A DNA stretch of 64,000 nucleotides, from contig CAVRVY010000003.1 in assembly GCA_963724765.1 (NCBI GenBank), positions 448,001 to 512,000 of the forward strand, in the 5' to 3' direction. The position numbers were made by a program, and so were the translations under genes. The notes beneath the pieces were generated by a model. It had not been told where the DNA came from, made no database searches, and saw only the letters and a program-made list of their open reading frames with translations. How positions within the stretch are numbered: the stretch's first letter is position 1; each line of letters opens with the position of its first letter. Of the stretch, positions 41,729 through 50,345 are shown in pieces. The stretch comes from an uncultured delta proteobacterium. GTDB taxonomy: Bacteria; Desulfobacterota; Binatia; Binatales; Binataceae.

Positions 41729-43228
41729 CTAGATATCGAATATCTCGCGCATCTTTGCCAGCAGCCAGCTCGAGCGGCCGCGCACACCGCCGTCGGCCTG
41801 ATGCCCGGCGTCGAGCAACTCGCGCCGCTGGCTCAGGCGCGCGGCGATGATCTCGCTCATCTGTGCGGCGGCATCGGGATGGCTCTTGAACAGCTCGGTG
41901 AAGCCGCTGCGGCTCATCTCGAGGACCTCGACGTCGGTGCGCGCCCGGATGGTGGCGTTGCGTGACTCGCCCGTCATCAGCGCCATCTCGCCGAAGAAGG
42001 CCGGGCGGGTCAGCTCATTGAGATGGACCGCGTTGCCGTCAGCGCCACTGGCGGTCACGTCGACCACGCCGCGACGGATGATGTAGAAGGCATCGCCGGT
42101 CTCGCCCTCGCGCACCAGCGCCTCGCCGGCGCCGAACTGGCGCACGCGGACCGCGCCGGCCAGGATTCCCATTTCGTCGTCGCTGAGCTCGCGCAGAAAA
42201 TCGACTCCGCGCAGTTCGGAGGCGACCTCGCGCAGCGCCTCGGATGCTTCCATCAGGCGTTCCTGGCTGAGCACCAGCGTACGCACGGGGAAGGGAATCT
42301 CGATCCCATGGCGGCGCAGCGCGTACCACAGCCCCGACACCACACGGGCGTGGATCTGTTCGCTGCGTCCGTAGTCGGCGAGCCAGTACTTGACGCGGTA
42401 GCGGATCGCACTTTCGCCGAATTCCCAGGGCAAAATCTCGGGCTCCGGATGGCGCAGCACGTCGGGCACGTCGCGCAGGACGTCCAGGATGACCTCGCGC
42501 ACCCGGTTGGGCGGCTCGCCGTAGCCGAGCCCGATCGAGACCTCCTCGGCCACCGCGTGGGTGCCGTAGTCGAACAGCAGATCCTTGGCCAACTGCGCGT
42601 TAGGGATATCGAGCCATTCGTTGGCGCGCGTCACGATCGTCGTCGCACGCCATCCCACGCCATTAACGCGCCCGACCTTGTCGGCCACGCGCACCCAGTC
42701 GCCAGGTTCGAAGGGCCGTGAGATTTGCAGCGTCAGTCCGCTGAAGATGTTACCCAGCGTTTCCTGCAGCGCGAAGCCGATCACGACGCCAAGCACGGCT
42801 GGAACCGCGAGCAGCGCGGTTACGTCGATCCTGAAAAACGTGCGCAACACGACCATCACCACCAGCGACCACAAGGTCAGCGTGAGCAGATCCCTGAAGA
42901 TGGTTGAGAAGTGCTCGCGTCCGCGATGGGTCGCGGCGTCGGCCAGTTCCAGCCCGATCCGGATTACGCCCCACAGGAACAGGACTACCGCGGCAGTATC
43001 GACCAGGTAGGCAAACCGGGCCCGGCCGAGCAGCGGAGTCGCGACGTCGACCACCAGTCCGACCCCAGCCATCGCGACCGGCCACGCCCGCAAGTTGCCC
43101 CGACGATGGCGCAACGCCAGCGCGTAGAGCAGCGCGGCGATCGCCACCGTTGATTCGAGAACCGTGCGCGTATCGACAGCCAGGCCGTCGATCCCGAGCA
43201 GGGACTGGAGCTGGGTCACGTGCGGCAT
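41729..43228 (-). CDS. MscS-family channel with C-terminal cNMP-binding domain
   Basis: GFALQETLGNIFSG, PFEPGDWV, IEIPFP; REGETGD..FFGEMALMTGESRNATIRA. Confidence 0.92.
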   Translation of the reverse strand: MPHVTQLQSLLGIDGLAVDTRTVLESTVAIAALLYALALRHRRGNLRAWPVAMAGVGLVVDVATPLLGRARFAYLVDTAAVVLFLWGVIRIGLELADAATHRGREHFSTIFRDLLTLTLWSLVVMVVLRTFFRIDVTALLAVPAVLGVVIGFALQETLGNIFSGLTLQISRPFEPGDWVRVADKVGRVNGVGWRATTIVTRANEWLDIPNAQLAKDLLFDYGTHAVAEEVSIGLGYGEPPNRVREVILDVLRDVPDVLRHPEPEILPWEFGESAIRYRVKYWLADYGRSEQIHARVVSGLWYALRRHGIEIPFPVRTLVLSQERLMEASEALREVASELRGVDFLRELSDDEMGILAGAVRVRQFGAGEALVREGETGDAFYIIRRGVVDVTASGADGNAVHLNELTRPAFFGEMALMTGESRNATIRARTDVEVLEMSRSGFTELFKSHPDAAAQMSEIIAARLSQRRELLDAGHQADGGVRGRSSWLLAKMREIFDI

Positions 43229-43231
43229 CGG

Positions 43232-44404
43232 CTAGAGCCCGATTATCTCCGCCATCTCGCCGAGCAGTTGTTGCGCGTCGAAATATTCGCACGCGATCTC
43301 GCGCGCCGCTCGCGCATGGCGTGGATAGTCGGTGCTGACCGCGCGCAGCGCCTCGGCCGCCGCGGCTTCGTCGGCAAACCCGACCAGTCCGGCGGCGGCC
43401 GGGATGAACTTTTCAAACCCGGTGAATTGAGTTACCGCCGGCCGCCCGGCGGCGAGGTAGCAGGCCGTGCGGTCGCTGAACCATCCCGAACGCGTGCTGA
43501 CGTAGAGATCCTTGGCGACCGTGAACTCGCCGCGCGAAGCGCTGATGTAGCTGCGGTAGGTGTCGATATCGAGCGACATCGGAACCGCCGGCCGGAAGCT
43601 GAAGCCGCCCGCCAGCGCTTGTTCGTAATCGGAGCCCGAGTTCAGATCGGTTGCGAGTTCGATAGCCTCTCCAGCGCGCCGCGGAACGTCCAGCATTTTG
43701 CCAAAGTTGACGTGCTTCGACCAGTGGTAGGTTCGCCCGCCAAGCTCGACGTCATTGCCCTTGTTGCGCCAGGTGCCGACAGTCGTAAACGCCGCTGGCA
43801 TCGGTGAGGCGCTCTGCTCGGGCCACTCCTGGAGCAGCACCGGCGGCCGCGTCGGATGCCAGTGCAGGCCCGCCGTTGGCAGCAGGCAGTCGTCCTCGCC
43901 GATATTGGCGGCGTAGGTGAAATGCACGCGATGCGCATCGAGCATCCGCCTCGCGCTGTCGTCGCCCTGCGCATAGCGTACCTGGTAAACTCCGGGGTCG
44001 GTTTCGAGATAGACCAGGCATCGCGCGCGCCGATGCTCTTCGCGCGGATGGGTCGCGCCGCACAGATTGATCACCGCGTCGGCCTCCGCCAGCAGCCGCA
44101 GGCTCCGCTCGCGCCCCATCCCGACGTACTCGCCGCTGGTCACGTCGAGGAACGACCAGCGATCGCTAAAACCGAAACGCTCCAGCACCTGTCCGAGCAG
44201 CTTGAGATTGCGGCCGGCGTCGGGCGACACCGCGTCCGTAATCGGATCGTAAACCCACGCGCCGTGATCTTCGAGGTAGTAGACGTCGAGCCCCAGTTCC
44301 CGCAGCCCCACCAAGTGATGGATGAGCTGCCACATCACGCCCGCGAATGGGTAGCGCGCGGCCAAATGCAGCACTACGACTTTGCCCTGGTACTTTTTTT
44401 TCAT
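43232..44404 (-). CDS. Putative glycosyltransferase (GT-B-like) / conserved hypothetical
   Basis: YLETDPG, SRGEFTVAK, SGWFSDRTACYLAAGRP, EYFDA motifs. Confidence 0.7.
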   Translation of the reverse strand: MKKKYQGKVVVLHLAARYPFAGVMWQLIHHLVGLRELGLDVYYLEDHGAWVYDPITDAVSPDAGRNLKLLGQVLERFGFSDRWSFLDVTSGEYVGMGRERSLRLLAEADAVINLCGATHPREEHRRARCLVYLETDPGVYQVRYAQGDDSARRMLDAHRVHFTYAANIGEDDCLLPTAGLHWHPTRPPVLLQEWPEQSASPMPAAFTTVGTWRNKGNDVELGGRTYHWSKHVNFGKMLDVPRRAGEAIELATDLNSGSDYEQALAGGFSFRPAVPMSLDIDTYRSYISASRGEFTVAKDLYVSTRSGWFSDRTACYLAAGRPAVTQFTGFEKFIPAAAGLVGFADEAAAAEALRAVSTDYPRHARAAREIACEYFDAQQLLGEMAEIIGL

Positions 44405-44482
44405 CGGGCGGGAGCGGAAATCCGCATCCCGATGCTCACAGCCTGCGCACGGGGGCGCCGCGATGCAAGCGCGCGCGCCATC

Positions 44483-45130
44483 TCAGCGCGAACCTGCGAT
44501 TTGCGCGATTTGGAGGAGATCGGCGCGCAAGCCCTGCAGCGCCGCCCGGCGCTGACTTAAGTTCGCCGCGTCCTGGTCGGAAAGCTCACCCAGGTAGCAT
44601 CCGCGATCCGGCAAAACGAGCACCGCGCGGTAGGGGAACCCCTTGCGCATCCGCGGCCACACGCGATCGGCGACAAGGCCCTCCAGGGCGGCCTCGCTCA
44701 CGCGCTCGTGGATTCGGCCGTGCTCGTTGTAGACGAGCGCGGTGGCCGCACGCAGACGCGCGCCGCGGCGCGACGGCTCAACGCTGGCCATCCGGCGAAT
44801 CACTTCGTCGGCGAGCGCGCGGTCGAGGTCTCCATGCGCGGCGGCGTCGCCGCCGGCAAGCCATCGATGCGACCGCACGCCGGGCTCGCCGCCAAGCGCG
44901 TCGACCACCAGCCCGCCGTCGTCGGCGATGGTCGGCAGATTGGCGCGCGCGAAATAGAAGCGCGCCTTGAGCAGCGCGTTCTCGATGAAGGTGGCGCCGG
45001 TTTCTTCCGGAGCATGGCCGTCAACGCCGGCCTCGCGCAGTGAAATCGGCGCGAGATCGTAGTCACGCAGGAGTAGCCGATACTCGTCGAGCTTGGCGGG
45101 ATTGGTGGTGGCAACCAGCAGTGGTTTCAT
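44483..45130 (-). CDS. rdgB: HAM1/RdgB-family non-canonical purine NTP pyrophosphatase
   Basis: ATTNPAK, ETGATFIENALLKA, ADDGGL..LGGEPGVRS; C-terminal motifs diverged. Confidence 0.85.
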   Translation of the reverse strand: MKPLLVATTNPAKLDEYRLLLRDYDLAPISLREAGVDGHAPEETGATFIENALLKARFYFARANLPTIADDGGLVVDALGGEPGVRSHRWLAGGDAAAHGDLDRALADEVIRRMASVEPSRRGARLRAATALVYNEHGRIHERVSEAALEGLVADRVWPRMRKGFPYRAVLVLPDRGCYLGELSDQDAANLSQRRAALQGLRADLLQIAQIAGSR

Positions 45131-45161
45131 CGCGCCGCTGACTGATTCCTGACCTCGCAAG

Positions 45162-46349
45162 TCATTTCGCTTTAACCTCGTAAGTTATCTTGAGCGCCGC
45201 GCGCTCGCGATGCTCCTCGAGCGCGAGTTCGATCAAACGATCGATGAGCTGCGCAAGCGGCAGACCCGAAGCCTCCCATAGTTTCGGATACATGCTGATC
45301 GCGGTAAAGCCGGGGATGGTGTTGACTTCGTTGATATAGATTTCGCTGAGCGCGGGGCGGGCCAGGAAATCGACCCGCGCCATCCCGCGCAGCCCCAGCG
45401 CGCGAAACGCAGCGCAGGCAAGCTCGCGCAGGTGCTCGCTCTGGGCCGCGGTCAGCGCGGCGGGAATCTTGACCTCGGCGCCGTCGGGATCGACGTACTT
45501 CGATTCGTAGCTGTAGAACTCGTGGCGTCCCTTGATGACGATTTCGCCGGCGATCGACGCCTTCGGCCGTTCATTGCCGAGCACCGCGCATTCCAGCTCG
45601 CGTCCTACGCAGGCGGCCTCGATCAGCACCTTGCGGTCGTACGCAAAGGCGTCCTCGAGCGCCGCTGCGAGCGCGCTCTCGCTCTTGACCTTGCTAATGC
45701 CGACCGACGAGCCGAGCGCATTGGGCTTGACGAACAGCGGGTACTCCAGCGAGCGCGCGAGGTCGGCCACACGCCCGGGCTGCTCGCGCCATTGCCAGCG
45801 CTCGACCGCCGCGTAGCGCACGACCGGCAATCCGGCTTCGCGCAGCAGGCGTTTCTGGACGTCCTTATCCATCCCGACCGCGGAGCCGAGCACGCCCGCG
45901 CCAACGTAGGGAAGGCCCGCCAGCTCCAGCAGTCCCTGCACGGTGCCGTCCTCGCCATAGCTGCCATGCAGCACGGGAAAGACCACGTCGAGCGGACCGG
46001 GGAGTCCTTTTGCCGCACCTCGCCCTGCGCCTCGCGCCACGGCCGTTCCGGCGCCCTGGCCGTTGCCCGGCGCCTCGACCAGCGAGTTTCCGGCGGGATG
46101 CGGCAGCAGGCTGACCTCGACACCGCCGCCGGCGAGCGCCTCCAGGCGCGGCCCCGCCTCAGCCAGCATGCGCAACGCGTCGGCGCGCAAATACCAGCGG
46201 CCGTCGCGGCCGATCCCGATCGGCACCACTTCGTAACGCGCCGGATCCATCGCCGACATCACGGTCAACGCCGAGCGCAGCGAAATTTCGTGCTCGCTCG
46301 AGCGTCCACCGAACAGCACGCCGACCCGGATTTTCTTTGGCTCAGCCAT
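45162..46349 (-). CDS. ddl: D-alanine--D-alanine ligase
   Basis: FGGRSSEHEIS, LHGSYGEDG, MDK, GSSVGI, FYSYESKY, NEVNTIPGFT. Confidence 0.97.
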   Translation of the reverse strand: MAEPKKIRVGVLFGGRSSEHEISLRSALTVMSAMDPARYEVVPIGIGRDGRWYLRADALRMLAEAGPRLEALAGGGVEVSLLPHPAGNSLVEAPGNGQGAGTAVARGAGRGAAKGLPGPLDVVFPVLHGSYGEDGTVQGLLELAGLPYVGAGVLGSAVGMDKDVQKRLLREAGLPVVRYAAVERWQWREQPGRVADLARSLEYPLFVKPNALGSSVGISKVKSESALAAALEDAFAYDRKVLIEAACVGRELECAVLGNERPKASIAGEIVIKGRHEFYSYESKYVDPDGAEVKIPAALTAAQSEHLRELACAAFRALGLRGMARVDFLARPALSEIYINEVNTIPGFTAISMYPKLWEASGLPLAQLIDRLIELALEEHRERAALKITYEVKAK

Positions 46350-46496
46350 TTTTTTGAACCGTCCCACCCGCGCGGCCGCATCGAAGCGCCACGCTCGCGG
46401 CTCTCGATGCGGCCGCGCTCAAAAACGAATGCCTCCGTGTGTGATCGATGGCGTCGGCTGGCCCAATGCAAGCCCTTCGCGGACTCTACGCAAGCT

Positions 46497-47951
46497 CTAC
46501 GGACGATAGTTGGGCGCTTCCTTGGTCACGAAGACGTCGTGTACGTGGCTCTCGCGCTGGCCCGCGTCAGTGACCCGGATGAAGCGCGCGCGCCGGCGCA
46601 ATTCGGCGAGATTGGCCGAACCGATATAGCCCATCCCGGACTGCAGCCCGCCGACCAACTGTTCGATATTGGAGGCCAGCGGCCCGCGATGCGGCACGCG
46701 GCCCTCGATTCCCTCGGGCACCAGCTTGCTCTCCTCGACGTCGCTCTGGCCGTAACGATCGCGCACCCGCTCGCTCATCGCGTCCAGCGATCCCATCCCG
46801 CGATAGAGCTTGTAGGTCCGGCCCTGGTAGAGAATCGTTTCGCCGGGGCTCTCTTCGGTGCCCGCGAAGAGCGAGCCGATCATCACGGCCGCCGCGCCGG
46901 CCGCCAGCGCCTTCACGATGTCGCCCGAGAAGCGGATTCCGCCGTCGGCCACCAGTGGGATGCCGCGTGGCTCGGCGACCGAGATGCAATCCATAATCGC
47001 GGTTATCTGCGGCACGCCGACGCCCGAGATCACGCGCGTGGTGCAAATCGATCCGGGGCCCATCCCGACCCGCAGCGCGTCGGCGCCCGCGTCGATCAGG
47101 GCCTTGGCGCCCTCGGCGGTGGCGACGTTGCCGGCCACCACGTCGATCTCGGGATGGGCGAGCTTGGTCGCACGCAGCGCGTCGATCACGTTGCGCGAAT
47201 GGCCGTGCGCGGTGTCGATGCACAATACGTCGGCGCCGGCGCGCACCAGCGCGGCCGCGCGTTCTTCACGCTCGGGCCCCACGCCAATCGCGGCGCCGAC
47301 TCGCAGCCGGCCCATCTTGTCCTTGCTCGAATGCGGATGGCGCGTCGCCTTGTCCATGTCCTTGACCGTGATGAGGCCGCACAGGCGATGACGTTCGTCG
47401 ACCAGCGGAAGCTTTTCGATGCGATGGGCCTGAAGGATTTCCTTGGCGTGCTCGAGACTGATGCCGGGATGGGCGGTGATGACGTTAGTGGTCATCACTT
47501 CGCGCACCAGCTTCTCCATGCGCTTCTCGAAGCGCAGATCGCGGTTGGTGAGGATACCGACCAGGCGGCCGTCGGCCACGACCGGCAGGCCCGAGATGCC
47601 GTGGCGTTCCATGGTCGCGAACGCATCGGCGATCTTCTGTTCGGGATGGACCGTGACCGGATCGGCGATCATGCCGCTCTCATACTTCTTCACCGCGGCG
47701 ACCTCGGCGGCCTGGCCTTCGATGGAGAGGTTGCGATGAATGAAGCCGAGACCGCCCATCTGTGCGATCGCAATCGCGGTGCGCGATTCGGTCACCGTGT
47801 CCATCGGGCTCGAGACCAGCGGAATACGCAGATGGATGTTGGGAGTCAGCATCGTCGCGACGTCGCAGCTCGAGGGCAGCAGGTCGGAAGCCTGCGGCAG
47901 CAGCAGCACGTCGTCGAAGGTGAGTCCCTCGCGAAGCTCCGAATGGGGCAT
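46497..47951 (-). CDS. guaB: IMP dehydrogenase with CBS pair
   Basis: [47 protein letters not shown]. Confidence 0.98.
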   Translation of the reverse strand: MPHSELREGLTFDDVLLLPQASDLLPSSCDVATMLTPNIHLRIPLVSSPMDTVTESRTAIAIAQMGGLGFIHRNLSIEGQAAEVAAVKKYESGMIADPVTVHPEQKIADAFATMERHGISGLPVVADGRLVGILTNRDLRFEKRMEKLVREVMTTNVITAHPGISLEHAKEILQAHRIEKLPLVDERHRLCGLITVKDMDKATRHPHSSKDKMGRLRVGAAIGVGPEREERAAALVRAGADVLCIDTAHGHSRNVIDALRATKLAHPEIDVVAGNVATAEGAKALIDAGADALRVGMGPGSICTTRVISGVGVPQITAIMDCISVAEPRGIPLVADGGIRFSGDIVKALAAGAAAVMIGSLFAGTEESPGETILYQGRTYKLYRGMGSLDAMSERVRDRYGQSDVEESKLVPEGIEGRVPHRGPLASNIEQLVGGLQSGMGYIGSANLAELRRRARFIRVTDAGQRESHVHDVFVTKEAPNYRP

Positions 47952-47963
47952 TTGGGAGTCTCC

Positions 47964-48072
47964 TTATGAAAAAAAGCCCGCGGGTATCCGCGGGCCTTCA
48001 ACCATGTTTCTGGATGCTGCTATTTCGTGCAGCGCCATATCGCAATCTAACAAAATGGACCCGCCCGATCAA
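47964..48072 (-). promoter_or_regulatory. guaB leader: promoter, leaderless 24-aa uORF, intrinsic terminator (candidate attenuator)
   Basis: TTGATC-N17-TAGATT with TGn; ATG 48038 to TAA 47964; stem 47976-47983/47988-47995 + U7. Confidence 0.55.
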
Positions 48073-48199
48073 TTCGACCAATTCGTCGACCGACTCGCAT
48101 GCGCCGGCCATAATCCTCGTCGGGACGCAAGGTTGTGGCGCGCTCGGGCATATGTTGGCCAAGCCGGTTCGCTGAGCAGTCAATCAGTCGAGCAAGCAC

Positions 48200-49120
48200 T
48201 CACCGTTCGTCGTTCGGTTCCTTCCACTCTTGCGGATAGAGCAGCAGCAGATCGCCGCCGAGGTTGCGCACCAAAAAGCGCTGGACCTCCGCCACCGCGC
48301 GCTCCAGTGCGCGGCCGCCGATAAGCCAATGGCCGCGGCCACGCACCACGCGAATTGTCGCACCGGCGCGCGCGGCGAAAGCGTTCATCTGATCGAGCGG
48401 CGCAAACGGATCGGAATCACCCGCCACGATCAGCCGCGGTACGGCGCGCCCCGTCTCGGCAAGCTTGGTCCGGCCGAACTTGATGCCGTAGAAATTGGTT
48501 GCGCCGCGCACGACTTCGAGCGCCGCGCATGCGTCGTCGGCCACCAGAGCCTTCGTTAGCGCTTCGCGCTGGAACGGCTCGGCGTCGGCCAGCAGCTGAA
48601 AGAGCACGGCGCCGCGCGGCGGCTTGAGTGCGCGGCCAAACAATCGCGCCGGCCAGTTCGCCGCGCCCGTCACCAGCGGCGATCGACACCCGGGAAGCAT
48701 CGGCGCCAGCGCGACCGCCGCCCTGACCTGCGGAAGCTCAGCCGCGTTGAGCGCTAGCAATCCGCCCAACCCATGACCGACGACGATTACGTCGCGCCCG
48801 AGCGCCGCTAAACCCTCGGCCAGTAGCGCGGCGAGACCGTCGAAGCCGGCCGCGCTCGGAACCGAACTCTTGCCAGTGCTCTTGCCCGCGCTTTTGCTCG
48901 CGCTCGAATTCGATGGGGGTGCGTCGATCCGCGCTGCTTGCGCCGCCGCGCGGAGATCGGGCGCATAGACCTCCCATCCGATACTCGCGAAATATCCGCG
49001 CGCGACCGCGAGATGGCGCGCGGTGGTGAAAAGCTCCGGCAGCAGGACCAGCGGCCAGGCGAACTTCAGCGGTTCGGGCCGCTCGCATTCGGCCGGGATT
49101 CGGCCAAGCCGCGTCTCCAT
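48200..49120 (-). CDS. Alpha/beta hydrolase-fold protein lacking the nucleophile Ser
   Basis: YAPDLR, GHGLGG in place of GxSxG, AGDSDPF, GRGHW. Confidence 0.8.
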   Translation of the reverse strand: METRLGRIPAECERPEPLKFAWPLVLLPELFTTARHLAVARGYFASIGWEVYAPDLRAAAQAARIDAPPSNSSASKSAGKSTGKSSVPSAAGFDGLAALLAEGLAALGRDVIVVGHGLGGLLALNAAELPQVRAAVALAPMLPGCRSPLVTGAANWPARLFGRALKPPRGAVLFQLLADAEPFQREALTKALVADDACAALEVVRGATNFYGIKFGRTKLAETGRAVPRLIVAGDSDPFAPLDQMNAFAARAGATIRVVRGRGHWLIGGRALERAVAEVQRFLVRNLGGDLLLLYPQEWKEPNDER

Positions 49121-49242
49121 CGCAACTACGTTGCGCCACGCGCATCGCGCGCCGCAAGCGATGCGCCGCGTCGTGGGTTCGCGTGAATTAGACCGCGCGA
49201 CGATTCGGCGTGCGACACTCCACGATGCGCCGGGCGATGGGT

Positions 49243-49288
49243 CACGACGCGGATGCGGAGCTTCGCACGACGCGGATGCGGAGCTTCG
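49243..49288. repeat. Perfect tandem duplication, 23 bp x2
   Basis: CACGACGCGGATGCGGAGCTTCG x2. Confidence 0.95.
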
Positions 49289-49344
49289 AAAGACAGCGCG
49301 TTGATTAAGCGTCGCGCTCGCGAGCGAGCGCAGATGGCGCAGAG

Positions 49345-49373
49345 AAAAAGAGGGCCCCTTTTCAGGGGCCCTC
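49345..49373 (-). terminator. Intrinsic terminator of the Lys-rich peptide transcript
   Basis: GAGGGCCCCT-GAAA-AGGGGCCCTC-TTTTT on minus strand. Confidence 0.8.
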
Positions 49374-49465
49374 TCGCGGTACGGGGTTATTACACCCCGG
49401 CTTATCGCAGCAGCATGCCCGGCATCTTGGCCAGCCCCCGGTTTCCCGGAGGGAAACTTACGTCG

Positions 49466-49561
49466 TTACTTCTTCTTTTTCTTGCCGGCTTTCTTTTTCA
49501 TATTCGTCTTTAACTTAGATTTGGATTTTGTAGCGGAACTTCTTTTCTTCTTCACTGGCAT
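49466..49561 (-). CDS. 31-aa Lys-rich basic peptide MPVKKKRSSATKSKSKLKTNMKKKAGKKKKK
   Basis: AAGGAGGT RBS 4 nt before ATG; promoter and terminator bracket it; below ORF-track cutoff. Confidence 0.75.
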   Translation of the reverse strand: MPVKKKRSSATKSKSKLKTNMKKKAGKKKKK

Positions 49562-49652
49562 AGACACCTCCTTAACAGTTGCTGCTGCCGGACAAGCTCC
49601 GAAACCTTTAAAGCCATCTGGCTGAGCCGTGATAGCCTCGCCTTCAGGCTGG

Positions 49653-49681
49653 ATTATAGAAACCTGTTATTCAAAAATCAA
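49653..49681 (-). promoter_or_regulatory. Sigma70 promoter
   Basis: TTGATT (49681-49676)-N17-TATAAT (49658-49653). Confidence 0.75.
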
Positions 49682-49807
49682 GCAGAACGCGAGTAGTTTA
49701 TAAAGAAATTTTAAAATCGGAAGAATCCTTGCCCCGCCTCATCTTTACCGGATTAAAATGGCGTTCAGTCATAAGCCCGCTTGAAGTTCGACGCAAGCCT
49801 TTTTACC

Positions 49808-50182
49808 ATGCTGCTTGTGAGCCGGTTAAGCCTGTACCTGTGCCGCGAGTGGCTGACCCTGGTCCTGGTCGCCGCCTGCGCCTTGCTCGCGGTGGACTCT
49901 GTCGTCGGGCCGCTGGGCGTGCGGGACCTGGTGGTGCTGCGCGAGCGGCGCGCACAACTCGAAGGCGTGCACAAGGAATTACTCAAGTCCAACGCGGCGT
50001 TGAAGCTCAAGCTCGGCCGGCTGGGCAACGACGACCGCTATCTCGAACGCCGCATCCGCGAGCAACTCGGCTACGTGCGCCCAGACGAACTGGTCTATCG
50101 CTTTTCCACCGAGGCTTCTTCCGAAGGTTCTTCTGACGCTTCATCACGAGCTTCATCCCAGGCTTCATCGGACGATCATTAG
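49808..50182 (+). CDS. ftsB: Septum formation initiator FtsB/DivIC
   Basis: TM, GPLG, coiled coil, YLERRIREQLGYVRPDELVY; C-tail of 12-bp repeats (xSSx)5. Confidence 0.85.
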   Translation: MLLVSRLSLYLCREWLTLVLVAACALLAVDSVVGPLGVRDLVVLRERRAQLEGVHKELLKSNAALKLKLGRLGNDDRYLERRIREQLGYVRPDELVYRFSTEASSEGSSDASSRASSQASSDDH

Positions 50183-50345
50183 GCCGAACGATCAGCGTTA
50201 AGAATTCTTTCGCCCGCCGACACTTTTGCATCCCGCCACGCGATCGCGCGTTTCGGATGAGGCAGGCGCGCAAGCACGGCGCGCTTGCTTGACTGCGAGG
50301 CCATCATGCGATTTCCTTCATCGCGCGCGCTCAAGACAGATCCCG

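Noticed and set aside
48020-48050. Canonical purine riboswitch upstream of guaB (GATATGG loop-like sequence)
   Set aside because: Lacks the GUUUCUAC junction and CCGUAAA loop; the motif overlaps the predicted TSS
49345-49650. tmRNA, 6S or SRP RNA identity for the structured Lys-peptide transcript
   Set aside because: No tRNA-like ends or T-arm, no SRP GGAA/AGCAG core, and the ORF has its own RBS and ATG
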